Shown here piece by piece: positions 20,646 through 29,555 of a DNA stretch of 64,000 nucleotides. The notes beneath the pieces are model-generated. The model made no database searches. It saw only the letters and a program-made list of their open reading frames with translations, and was not told the DNA's origin. Each line of letters begins with the position of its first letter. Positions within the stretch are counted from its first letter, which is position 1. The position numbers and the translations under genes are program-made. Origin of the DNA: an uncultured Candidatus Saccharibacteria bacterium (GTDB lineage: Bacteria; Patescibacteriota; UBA1384; DTJR01); contig CAYYMZ010000001.1 in the NCBI GenBank assembly GCA_964473025.1, positions 24,163-88,162 on the forward strand. The letters run 5' to 3'.

Positions 20646-21842
20646 ATGGACATCCTGGTTATTCACGAAACGGAATACATCGAAAAAGTGGTTTTTGAAT
20701 ACCAGATTATTCCCGAACTTTGGGCGAGTTGGGGGCATAATGTCTATGCGATTGATTTTCCAACGAAGTTGGATAGAAAGAGCATATTTGATCTCGGAAC
20801 TTTCAAAACTAAAATTATCAAAAATGTCAAAAAAGCGGATAAACAAAGGGGAATCACGCTGATTAGACCGGGCTTTATTAAATTGCCGGTTCTAAGCCGG
20901 ATGACGGCATTTATTACTCATTTCTTTGCCATCAGACGGGCGATTATCGACTATAAAATCGATGTTATCTTTTTATATTCCGTCCCGACTAACGGCTTAC
21001 AGACGGTCTTTTGGGCTAAAAAGTTCAAAATTCCGGTTCACTTCCGCCTTTTAGATGTGCTGCACCGTCTTGTGCCATTTAAAATCCTGACTTGGCCAAC
21101 TTATTGCATGGAAAAGATGGTTTATAAGAGGGTTAATGGGCTAACGGCAATCACGCCGCGTCTTAGAGATTATGCCGTTGAAATGGGCGCACGAAGAGAT
21201 ACTGCAACATATCTTCCTTCGGGTTCAGATCGGGACTTGTTTTATCCTCAAACTAAAGATGTTAAATTGCTCAAAAAATATGGTTTAAAAAAAGACGACC
21301 TCGTGATTTTATTTGCCGGTACTCTTTATAATTTTTCGGGTCTTAATAAGGTTATCGAATATTTGGGGGATCATAAAAATAAATATCCTGCTTTAAAGTT
21401 TTTGATTTTAGGCCACGGCGAACAAGAAAAGAAATTAAGGAAATTAATTGCCACGAAAAATCTGCAAAAAGAAGTGATCCTAGCCGGTTTTATTGATTAT
21501 AAGATTTTGGCAAGATACATCAATCTGGCGGATATCTGCATTAACCCGTTTGAAATAAACGAAATCACTAACATCATCTTCCCGGGAAAGATATACCAGT
21601 ATCTTGCTTGCGGCAAACCGGTTATTGCCTCCCGCCTTGCGGGTTTGGTCGATCTTTTTCCCGAGAGAAAACAGAAGAATATTTTTTATTATAATGCGGA
21701 TAAAATAGGCGAATTTTTTAAACTGATTGGCACCGTCAAGAAAGTGAAAATTAAAGATCCAAATCCATCATTGCAGGAGATTGCTAAGATTTTAGAGCGG
21801 CATCTAGAGGCATTGGTTTCGGCAAAAAATACAAAGGATTAG
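20646..21842 (+). CDS. glycosyltransferase family 4
   Basis: GT-B C-terminal motif FPGKIYQYLACGKPVIAS; divergent from preceding GT4 with 39-bp spacer. Confidence 0.75.
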   Translation: MDILVIHETEYIEKVVFEYQIIPELWASWGHNVYAIDFPTKLDRKSIFDLGTFKTKIIKNVKKADKQRGITLIRPGFIKLPVLSRMTAFITHFFAIRRAIIDYKIDVIFLYSVPTNGLQTVFWAKKFKIPVHFRLLDVLHRLVPFKILTWPTYCMEKMVYKRVNGLTAITPRLRDYAVEMGARRDTATYLPSGSDRDLFYPQTKDVKLLKKYGLKKDDLVILFAGTLYNFSGLNKVIEYLGDHKNKYPALKFLILGHGEQEKKLRKLIATKNLQKEVILAGFIDYKILARYINLADICINPFEINEITNIIFPGKIYQYLACGKPVIASRLAGLVDLFPERKQKNIFYYNADKIGEFFKLIGTVKKVKIKDPNPSLQEIAKILERHLEALVSAKNTKD

Positions 21843-22204
21843 CGTTTTTTTGGATTACTTTTTTTTTTCTTCCGTTGGAGCTCGTGCAAGGTGAAATTTC
21901 TTGAAAGCAGATCAAGATTTTTCTCGATTCGATTGGCCTTGATATAAATTCTGTAGCAGATAAAAAGAACAAAGACCAAGCCCATGCCGAAAATCGTGCC
22001 GAGACCTGTGCGGCTGCCCCCAACCACTGCAATCAGTTTGTCGATTAAATTAGGATAATAAGCAAAAACAATAATTGCCGTCCAAATAATCAGCCAAAAG
22101 GCCGTCATTTCAATCGACTCTTTTTTGTTTCTGTAATCCGTAATCGATCTGGCAATGACCAGAACTGACAGTAGGATAGCGAAAATTTTTGCAAATATTA
22201 ACAT
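21839..22204 (-). CDS. DUF2304-like small membrane protein (usual partner of GtrB-like GT2)
   Basis: 121 aa, 3-4 TM segments, basic C-terminus; immediately downstream of GT2 with 2-nt spacer, the conserved GT2+DUF2304 arrangement. Confidence 0.5.
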   Translation of the reverse strand: MLIFAKIFAILLSVLVIARSITDYRNKKESIEMTAFWLIIWTAIIVFAYYPNLIDKLIAVVGGSRTGLGTIFGMGLVFVLFICYRIYIKANRIEKNLDLLSRNFTLHELQRKKKKSNPKKR

Positions 22205-22206
22205 TT

Positions 22207-22890
22207 TTAACCGGCTATTCTTTTGAAAATTAATTTGATGACGATATTCACCCCATTGAAAACAGATTGGCCTTTCCGCCGTGAATAGCGGGTATATCTG
22301 ACTTTAATCGGAATTTCACCTATTTTCAACCTTTTGCGAGTTGCCTCCAGAATTATTTCCGAGCAAAATTCATATCCGGCGGTGTCCAAATCCATTTTTT
22401 TTAAAGCACGAGCAGAAAATGCCTTAAAGCCCGATTGCGAATCGCTTGTCCACTTGCCTGATAATAGATAGGTTATGATGTTTAGTCCCCAGTTGCCGAC
22501 TTTTTTGTGTTGCGGCATTCCCTCGGGGTTGACCAATCTGGTACCAATCACCAGATCTAACCGCTTTCCCAAAACCGGTTTTGTGATTTTGGCAATGTCC
22601 GAAGGATCGTGCTGACCGTCACCGTCAAAAGTAACGGCGATGTCAGCATCTATTCTTCTGGCGGCTTCAAGCCCCGTGGCAGTAGCACATCCAACACCGA
22701 GATTGGTGTGGTGGCTGACTAAAATTGCCTGAGTATGTTCTATTTGCCCGGCCGAGTTATCCGTCGAACCATCATCAACGGCCAGAATAGTAATTTTACT
22801 TATCCCGGATAGCTTTGAGGGCAAGGATTTAATGACACTTTTAATAACTGGTCCCTCATTGTAAACAGGAATGACAATCGCTAAATGCAT
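22207..22890 (-). CDS. glycosyltransferase family 2, polyprenyl-phosphate sugar transferase (GtrB/DPM1-like)
   Basis: IVIPVYNE..AVDDGSTDNS..DxD-type GT-A motifs; 227 aa. Confidence 0.8.
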   Translation of the reverse strand: MHLAIVIPVYNEGPVIKSVIKSLPSKLSGISKITILAVDDGSTDNSAGQIEHTQAILVSHHTNLGVGCATATGLEAARRIDADIAVTFDGDGQHDPSDIAKITKPVLGKRLDLVIGTRLVNPEGMPQHKKVGNWGLNIITYLLSGKWTSDSQSGFKAFSARALKKMDLDTAGYEFCSEIILEATRKRLKIGEIPIKVRYTRYSRRKGQSVFNGVNIVIKLIFKRIAG

Positions 22891-22892
22891 TT

Positions 22893-23810
22893 TTATTTTT
22901 CTTTAAACCACTCGATCGTTTTTTGCAACCCATCCTTAAGCGTAACCTTTGGCTCCCAGCCCAAACTTTCTTTGATTTTGCTCGCGTCAAGGGAGCTGTG
23001 CTCTTGCTCCTTGGCCTTGTAATCAATGTGCACAATTTCGCTTTTCGAACCCGATAATTCTTGGAGTATTTTTACGATTTCATTGACCGATGTCTCGCAT
23101 CCGGTCCCAATGTTAAATGTATCGCAGACATCAGAATCCATTGCCATTAAATTTGCGGCCACAACGTCGGTGACGTAAACGAAATCTCTTGTGTGGGTGC
23201 CATCCCCGAAAACATCGAGTCGTTCGTCTCGTATCATACAGTCGGTAAAAATGGCGACGATTCCAGCTTCTCCTTTGGGGTTCTGGCGTGGGCCAAAGAC
23301 GTTTGCATAGCGCAAGATAACACTTTGGAGACCCTCTCCTGAAAAATACTTAATAAATTTTTCGGCAAACATTTTGTCGATTCCATACGGGGAAACAGGA
23401 TCGGCTTCGGCCATCTCCGTTGTCGGCCGCTCTGCTTTATCTCCATAAATTGCCCCTCCCGTTGAGGAGAAGATAAACTTTTTGACTTTGTATTTTTTTG
23501 CTGCCATCAAAAGGTTTACCGTCCCGATAACATTAGTTTCGATGTCAAACGCGGGGTCTTTTGCTGAAACAATCACGCTTGCCTGCGCCGCAAGGTGAAA
23601 AATAACTTCCGGTTTGGTTTCACTAAATATTTTACCTAACTTGTTCGCGTTGGTAATATCCTCCTCAAAAAACTTTGCTTGTTCGTTAACATTGTCGCGG
23701 TTTCCGGTTGACAGATTATCAACAACGCTAACCTCATGATTTTTTTCAATCAAAGCATCAACCAAATTTGAACCAATAAAGCCCGCACCACCAGAAACTA
23801 AAATTTTCAT
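22893..23810 (-). CDS. NAD-dependent epimerase/dehydratase (UDP-glucose 4-epimerase-like)
   Basis: MKILVSGGAGFIGSNLV Rossmann motif; SD aaaggga upstream of ATG at 23810 (track start 23837 less likely). Confidence 0.75.
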   Translation of the reverse strand: MKILVSGGAGFIGSNLVDALIEKNHEVSVVDNLSTGNRDNVNEQAKFFEEDITNANKLGKIFSETKPEVIFHLAAQASVIVSAKDPAFDIETNVIGTVNLLMAAKKYKVKKFIFSSTGGAIYGDKAERPTTEMAEADPVSPYGIDKMFAEKFIKYFSGEGLQSVILRYANVFGPRQNPKGEAGIVAIFTDCMIRDERLDVFGDGTHTRDFVYVTDVVAANLMAMDSDVCDTFNIGTGCETSVNEIVKILQELSGSKSEIVHIDYKAKEQEHSSLDASKIKESLGWEPKVTLKDGLQKTIEWFKEK

Positions 23811-23843
23811 AAACATCCCTTTCTTTTGCAACCTCATTTAAAC

Positions 23844-23868
23844 AAAAAAAGGGCTCACTTGAAAGCCC
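23844..23868 (-). terminator. rho-independent terminator (minus strand) after lysine-rich protein gene
   Basis: GGGCT-cacttgaa-AGCCC hairpin with 7-A run on plus strand = T-tract on minus strand. Confidence 0.5.
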
Positions 23869-23895
23869 ATCTGCGCCGGGTGCTATAAATCTTTC

Positions 23896-24507
23896 TTATA
23901 GTCTAAACAAACGCATCAATTTATCGGACAAAAGTTCTCCCACCTCGGTTTTCTCGGGTAAATGATGCAAAAGTAATATGCGAACTTCGTTGGTGACTTG
24001 CCTCGAGAGGGGAATAACTACAGGCGCTTTAAACGGACTTAACGGCTCGATATATAAAATCGGCTTTGTTTCATGCTTGGTTATCCAAAATGACCTAAGT
24101 TCCAGATATGAAATATATTGATTGCGCTCCAAAATTCCGCCTTCATCAACAGCAAACTCCTGGGGTTTTGGTTTGTCATGAGCAAGCTGGAAGGTAACGA
24201 TAACCGCCAAAATAATGATTATGACGGGGAAGTAATTGTTCGTGTAAATTAAAATAAGTGAAAAAACGATTGCTAGAACGCCAACCGCCAGTGACCAGTA
24301 GGGACTTCTTTCGAAAGTATAATAATCCGGCGCACTCCAGCGCAAAATAACCGAGTCAAGAACTTCCTTAGCTTTCGTTTTGGAAGATGCGACTTTAAGC
24401 GGTTGTGCCTTAACGGGCTTTTTCTTCTCTTCCTTTTTCGCCTTTAAAACCGGTTTAGCTTTCTTCGGCACCGCTTTTTTTACCTTTTTTTTCGCTTTCT
24501 CTGCCAT
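23896..24507 (-). CDS. hypothetical membrane protein with lysine-rich histone-H1-like N-terminal tail
   Basis: N-terminal 50 aa AEKAKKKVKKAVPKKAKPVLKAKKEEKKKPVKA; two TM helices (SLAVGVLAIVFSLILIY / VIIIILAVIVTF) then ~90-aa soluble domain. Confidence 0.5.
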   Translation of the reverse strand: MAEKAKKKVKKAVPKKAKPVLKAKKEEKKKPVKAQPLKVASSKTKAKEVLDSVILRWSAPDYYTFERSPYWSLAVGVLAIVFSLILIYTNNYFPVIIIILAVIVTFQLAHDKPKPQEFAVDEGGILERNQYISYLELRSFWITKHETKPILYIEPLSPFKAPVVIPLSRQVTNEVRILLLHHLPEKTEVGELLSDKLMRLFRL

Positions 24508-24699
24508 AAATTAATTATAGCAGAATTTGAATTATGAATTTAGAACTATGAATAAAGGATAAATCAGAAAAATTTGAGTTTCATGAATTTAAACCATAAT
24601 TCATGCTTCGTTATCCATGATTCAGGCTTAAGGGCGAAGCCTCTTGACATCTCTCGGCGCCGAAAGAGTGGAGCTTTCGGCTATACCTTGTGCAATTCG

Positions 24700-25983
24700 T
24701 CAAGGGCGCAAGCGCTTGACGTCCCTTGGAAACAAAACCGCTTCTTTAACACTATCTAAATTAAGTAAATGTTGAATTAATCTTTCCGATCCTATTGCCC
24801 AACCGCCGTGCGGCGGCATCGCGTATTTAAAGACGTCAAGATAAAACTCCATTCCTTCCGGCTTGACGCCCTTTTTCTTCATATTCTCAAGCAATTTTTT
24901 ATAATCGTGAATTCTCTGCGAACCGGTGACAAGTTCGACACCCCTGAATAAAAGATCAAAACCATAAGTTGCGTCCGCATCATCCGGGTCTGGCATCGTG
25001 TAAAAAGGTCGCTCCTTCCAAGGATAATGGGTTGTAAAAATAAAGTCGGAACCAAATTCTTCCTTGGCATATCTGCAAATTAACCTTTCGCCTTCAGGGT
25101 CAATGTCCGTTCCGGCGGGCACTTCATAACCGTATTTTTCTTTGATGATTTTTTTGGCATCAGCAAGTTTAACGTGAGGAATTTCAGCGGGTACTTCCGG
25201 AACTTTTGCCTCCCACATTTCAAGATAGGGTTTGCCCTTTTCGCCGATCATTTTAAATACTTTAACCAAAACCTTATTTAACATCGCCGTGACCGAGCGG
25301 TAATCTTCGATAAAGCCCATTTCTGCGTCAAGCGAAATATATTCATTAACATGGCGGGTGGTGAAGTGGGGCTCGGCGCGGAAAACAGGGCCAATCTCAA
25401 AAACCCGTTCAAAAACGCCAACCATGATTTGCTTATAAAACTGGGGTGATTGAGCTAGGAAGGCCTCTTTTTCAAAATAATCAATCTTAAAAAAGTTTGC
25501 TCCGCCTTCCGATGCCGCTTCGAGAATTTTCGGAGTTTTAATCTCGGTAAATCCTTCATCGCGCATCACTGTTTCGTAGGACTCAAGCAAAATGTCGTAG
25601 AGTTTAAAAATTGCCTGAACCTTCGAGTGACGAAGCGAGATTGTACGCAGATCTAAAAGTGTTGCAAGCTGGAGTTTCAGTTGCGGATTGGCGATATCAA
25701 ACGGCAGATCTTCGAGGTTTGCGGAGACAACCTTCAAGCTTTTTCCCTGAATCTCAAATCCGCCCTTGGCACGCTTTTCTTCTTTAACCAATCCTTCGAC
25801 TTCAACCGCATCACCTGTTTTAGCGCCTGGATCCTTCTCAAAAACACATTGGATTGTGCCAGAATAATCCTGCAAGACGATGAATGTTACGTTGCCTAAA
25901 GCACGGACGTTTTGTACACGGCCTTGTAGCGTTACTTCTTTGCCAGAGCTTTCCTTCAGATCCTTAACTAATGTTCTTTCCAT
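24700..25983 (-). CDS. aspS: aspartate--tRNA ligase, archaeal/eukaryal-type class IIb (Asp/Asn-tRNA synthetase family)
   Basis: 427 aa; class II motif 3 GGWAIGSERLIQHLLNLDSVKEAVLFPRDVKRLRP; N-terminal OB anticodon-binding domain. Confidence 0.8.
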   Translation of the reverse strand: MERTLVKDLKESSGKEVTLQGRVQNVRALGNVTFIVLQDYSGTIQCVFEKDPGAKTGDAVEVEGLVKEEKRAKGGFEIQGKSLKVVSANLEDLPFDIANPQLKLQLATLLDLRTISLRHSKVQAIFKLYDILLESYETVMRDEGFTEIKTPKILEAASEGGANFFKIDYFEKEAFLAQSPQFYKQIMVGVFERVFEIGPVFRAEPHFTTRHVNEYISLDAEMGFIEDYRSVTAMLNKVLVKVFKMIGEKGKPYLEMWEAKVPEVPAEIPHVKLADAKKIIKEKYGYEVPAGTDIDPEGERLICRYAKEEFGSDFIFTTHYPWKERPFYTMPDPDDADATYGFDLLFRGVELVTGSQRIHDYKKLLENMKKKGVKPEGMEFYLDVFKYAMPPHGGWAIGSERLIQHLLNLDSVKEAVLFPRDVKRLRP

Positions 25984-26049
25984 AATTTTAAAATTATTTG
26001 ACTTAAGTCAAATTGTATCTCATTTAGAGTAAATCGCAAGGTAAATTTA

Positions 26050-26700
26050 CTACTTAATCAGAAAACTTAGACCTTTGACGGCGAAGTAAATCCCGAAAAC
26101 CATAAATAGAACGAAAATTATGAAATCGCCATAATTAGCCAGGAAGCGGTTAATTTTTGCCAAGATGCGGTCCGCTAATTTTGGAATAATTGTCACGATA
26201 AAAATGGGCAAAGTAACCGGCAGGGTAAAGAAAAAAACGTTGATGATCAGAAAAATAAGTTTGCCCCAACTTCCAAACCCCGATGCGCCCACTTCTTTAG
26301 CGGAAGCGAAAATCAGGAAAAACGAATCGTTGGCAATGCTTATCAGCACTCCGGCAAAAAACCATTTCAGCAAGCTTCCGCCACGGTTCTTGTGCTCTGT
26401 CTTTGCGGGTTTACTGACAAGCAATTTTTTAAATCCGTAAATTATAAATAAAACACCCAGTACCAAATCGACAACCGAGGTAATAAGAGCGTGTTTGGGG
26501 GTCGTGGCGGGAATGTTGCCAATATAAAATCCGGCGATTGTGATCCCTGTCCCAACCAATAATGCTCCAAGCAGAACAGCCAGGGCGCTTGCTTTCGACC
26601 GATCTTTTTTGCTCAACAGATAAATTACTAGACCAAATAGAACTGGGCTAATCGTCGCTGTCAAATCAAGCGGTATGACCTTAGCTAACGTTGCAAACAT
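26050..26700 (-). CDS. hypothetical 6-TM membrane protein
   Basis: 216 aa, six hydrophobic segments, no diagnostic motif. Confidence 0.45.
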   Translation of the reverse strand: MFATLAKVIPLDLTATISPVLFGLVIYLLSKKDRSKASALAVLLGALLVGTGITIAGFYIGNIPATTPKHALITSVVDLVLGVLFIIYGFKKLLVSKPAKTEHKNRGGSLLKWFFAGVLISIANDSFFLIFASAKEVGASGFGSWGKLIFLIINVFFFTLPVTLPIFIVTIIPKLADRILAKINRFLANYGDFIIFVLFMVFGIYFAVKGLSFLIK

Positions 26701-26766
26701 GAATTCCCCTCTAGTTTAGTTTACCAAAAAAACTGCTAGATGGACTTGAAACTCTTTATTTTTCGA

Positions 26767-27372
26767 TTATTTTATAATTTCAAAATTTTTTCTATCTGCA
26801 ATGACGAATTGCTCGTCAGTTAAAGTTATAACAGGATATCGGGTTGTTTTTCTGCCTTCCTCGACAGTCTCTTTGAACTCATCCGTATAATGGCAGACGA
26901 CGATAAAATTAACCAAATTCAATGCTGATAAATCTTTAAGGTGGACGGAGTTTCTATCGGCATGCTTCCAGCCAGCCGCTTCGATGGTGGGGCAGGCGAG
27001 ATAGCTTCCCGCACTTGAACCGATATAGGCCGTTCCGGCTTTGACCATTTCTCTAGCAACTTTGTCGAATCCGCTCTTTTTCGCTTCGTTTAACAGGTGA
27101 AAAGTATTTCCCCCAGCTACAAACAAAACATCAAAATCCGCGAGTGATTCTCTGGTTCGCTCTTCGGTTTTGTTTTTTAGGTCAAAATCCTCAACTTTGA
27201 ATCCCAAATCAACCAGCATTTTCCGGTCCGCGTCCATCCACGGCTTATTATCGCCATACGGATCGCCCGCCGTTGGAATAAATGCAAGTTTCAACTCTTT
27301 CGGCGGTTTCGGCAACATCTTCGCGATTTTGCCCATAACTCTTGATGCTTGTGATGTCAAAAATACCTTCAT
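26767..27372 (-). CDS. pepE: peptidase S51 family (dipeptidase E-like)
   Basis: VLFVAGGNTFHLL and YIGSSAGS motifs characteristic of S51/PepE. Confidence 0.65.
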   Translation of the reverse strand: MKVFLTSQASRVMGKIAKMLPKPPKELKLAFIPTAGDPYGDNKPWMDADRKMLVDLGFKVEDFDLKNKTEERTRESLADFDVLFVAGGNTFHLLNEAKKSGFDKVAREMVKAGTAYIGSSAGSYLACPTIEAAGWKHADRNSVHLKDLSALNLVNFIVVCHYTDEFKETVEEGRKTTRYPVITLTDEQFVIADRKNFEIIK

Positions 27373-28079
27373 TTTTTCCCCGTTGTTATTTTTCGCGTAG
27401 TTTCTCTGTAGGCAATTTTCGGCAATGAATCCTGATTTTTTTCAAGAAACGCTAGCGTTTCTTTTCCATTTTTGACAGCCAGCGATCGCAAAATCCAGGA
27501 AATCGCTTTGGTGATCAAAACATCTTTCTCGCCTTTGAGCTTCTCGATCGTTTCGTAAGCTAATTTTCGAAGTTTCGGGTCGCCCGAACCTCTTACCGAT
27601 TTGCACTGCAAAACTAAACTGGCACGTCTAATCTGGATATTCTTATCTTTGGCAAATTTATTGATTGTTTTTTCCCATTCCTTCCATCGGAAGAGAACTT
27701 CTTTTTCACTAAATAACGACTGGCAAATGCAGTCGCACTCCGCCCAGCCGTTGGTCGTCCTTAACCATTTTTTTAAATGCCCAAAATCGAGCGATCGGCG
27801 CACCTCGGGAAGCTTGGTCAGCATTTTCCCCGCAAAATTAAAATCTTCAAACGTGTCACTAGAAAAAAGATCATCCAAAACTCCTACCTGCTGCTCTGGT
27901 GAAAGTACTTTCATTTGCCCCAAATACTCACGGATAACTTTATCGCGCTGAGCGGAATAGATATTCAGCAATTTTCTTTTTGTGCCCAAATACCTCCCAA
28001 CAAAATCAAGTTCTTTCTGCGAACATTTTTTTCTCGCAGATTTCAATGATTTTCTAATTTTCTCGGCAATATTGTTCAC
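27369..28079 (-). CDS. HEAT-repeat DNA alkylation repair-like protein (AlkC/AlkD family)
   Basis: 236 aa all-helical, weak similarity pattern to DNA_alkylation family; low certainty. Confidence 0.4.
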   Translation of the reverse strand: MNNIAEKIRKSLKSARKKCSQKELDFVGRYLGTKRKLLNIYSAQRDKVIREYLGQMKVLSPEQQVGVLDDLFSSDTFEDFNFAGKMLTKLPEVRRSLDFGHLKKWLRTTNGWAECDCICQSLFSEKEVLFRWKEWEKTINKFAKDKNIQIRRASLVLQCKSVRGSGDPKLRKLAYETIEKLKGEKDVLITKAISWILRSLAVKNGKETLAFLEKNQDSLPKIAYRETTRKITTGKK

Positions 28080-28507
28080 TTGCTAGATATTTTTTTGGCA
28101 TATTTTTGAAGGAAATCCACCAATCCGGCAATAACAGCATCTCGCAGGTCAGGATCGCTTGACGCTACCCAAACAGCCAGATTGTAGAGCTTCTGCGGGG
28201 GAATATCCATCCAGTGTCCGTTTAACATCAGAAACACCAGCAATGTTGTAACGGCTATCCGTTTGTTTCCGTTTTGGAATGGATGGTTTTTGATTAACAG
28301 ATAAAATAATATTGCTGACTTATTGGCGAGTGTCGGATAGAGATCTTTTCTGCCGTAGGTCTGAAAAGGAGTGGCAAGGCAGCTTTCCAAAACGCGCGGA
28401 AACCTCGTCCTAAAAGCCGGAATCGGTTCGTCCCAGCTCATCGTTGCAACAGCGAGTTGATGGGCGATTTTTTCAATATGGTTTAATCCGATTCTTTTGG
28501 TGTGCAT
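28076..28507 (-). CDS. doc: Doc/Fic-family toxin (death-on-curing type II TA toxin)
   Basis: Fic motif HPFQNGNKRIA (HxFx[DN]GNKR); 143 aa; overlaps upstream antitoxin gene by 1 nt. Confidence 0.8.
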   Translation of the reverse strand: MHTKRIGLNHIEKIAHQLAVATMSWDEPIPAFRTRFPRVLESCLATPFQTYGRKDLYPTLANKSAILFYLLIKNHPFQNGNKRIAVTTLLVFLMLNGHWMDIPPQKLYNLAVWVASSDPDLRDAVIAGLVDFLQKYAKKISSK

Positions 28508-28761
28508 TATTCCGCTCCGAGTTTTTTAATCACATCACCGTATTGGCGGACAATTTTTTTAACCGCTTTTTCTATTTCTTTTTGGTCCTTAGCAGTCATT
28601 TCCCCCATGATTGAGTCAACATATTCCTTGGGAATCAAATATTCATGCCCAACTCTTTGATGGGGAATCAGGTTCGCCTTGACCTGGCGAAACACTTGCA
28701 TTCTACTTAGACCGATTTTTTTTGCCAGTTCTGGAATTGTGACAAATTCTTTTTGTATCAT
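28507..28761 (-). CDS. HTH (excisionase/MerR-like) antitoxin partner of Doc
   Basis: 84 aa; N-terminal HTH TIPELAKKIGLSRMQVFRQV; operon with doc; palindromes upstream. Confidence 0.65.
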   Translation of the reverse strand: MIQKEFVTIPELAKKIGLSRMQVFRQVKANLIPHQRVGHEYLIPKEYVDSIMGEMTAKDQKEIEKAVKKIVRQYGDVIKKLGAE

Positions 28762-28774
28762 GATGCTAATACTA

Positions 28775-28813
28775 TGCTACATATGTAACATAATGTCAAT
28801 GGTATGTTACATC
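28775..28813 (-). promoter_or_regulatory. palindromic operator/promoter region of the doc TA operon
   Basis: perfect palindrome TACATATGTA plus inverted half-sites ATGTAACAT / ATGTTACAT within AT-rich region just upstream of antitoxin start. Confidence 0.45.
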
Positions 28814-28912
28814 TATTTTAAAATATACTCCCAGACCGGCTTGCTAATAGATATTTTGAACAAAATAAGCGATCTTAACTGACATAAAAACCCGATATTT
28901 CTGTTTTAAATC

Positions 28913-29188
28913 CTAGCTAACCTTCAGAACTTTGCCATCAAACGCCACTTCCACAGCTTGGCCATTCTCGAGCTCCAAGGCATCTCGCAGGGCTTTCGTC
29001 ATACCGATAAACTTATCGCTTCTACCCTTGATTAAATTGGCAGCGCTTTTGTTAACCTTGATTTTGCCTCCGCTTACTTTTAGTGCCTTCTGATTTTTCG
29101 GGCTGATCGCACACAGCGGATTTTCCTTTACATCCTCATATTTTTTGAGAGTTTCTTTCCTGAACCCTCGAACCTTTAGCTTAATCAT
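28913..29188 (-). CDS. small hypothetical protein with C-terminal AbrB/MazE-like segment
   Basis: 91 aa from internal Met (MIKLKVRG); C-terminus ALELENGQAVEVAFDGKVLKV resembles swapped-hairpin AbrB/MazE domains; track ORF extends over tRNA region and is trimmed. Confidence 0.35.
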   Translation of the reverse strand: MIKLKVRGFRKETLKKYEDVKENPLCAISPKNQKALKVSGGKIKVNKSAANLIKGRSDKFIGMTKALRDALELENGQAVEVAFDGKVLKVS

Positions 29189-29357
29189 ATTGTCTCCTCG
29201 CCATATTATTATTAAAAAATCTGTGGTTGGGATTCGGTCACCTGTTCTTGCCTGCTGGCAAGCCAGTCGACCCCATCTCGCCCAGCCAAGCTGGGCTGCG
29301 GCCTTCGAATCCGTCCACGCCAGTGCCCAGGCATCAAGGCAAGCTTGATGCATGCGC

Positions 29358-29449
<92 letters not shown>

Positions 29450-29555
29450 ACGATTTACAAAAACAACCTGATTTTAAACCTTCTGCGGACCTCCACTTCT
29501 GTAAACTATATCAAAATATGCGGCAACTTCAATAAATAAAACCTTCTAGTACAAT

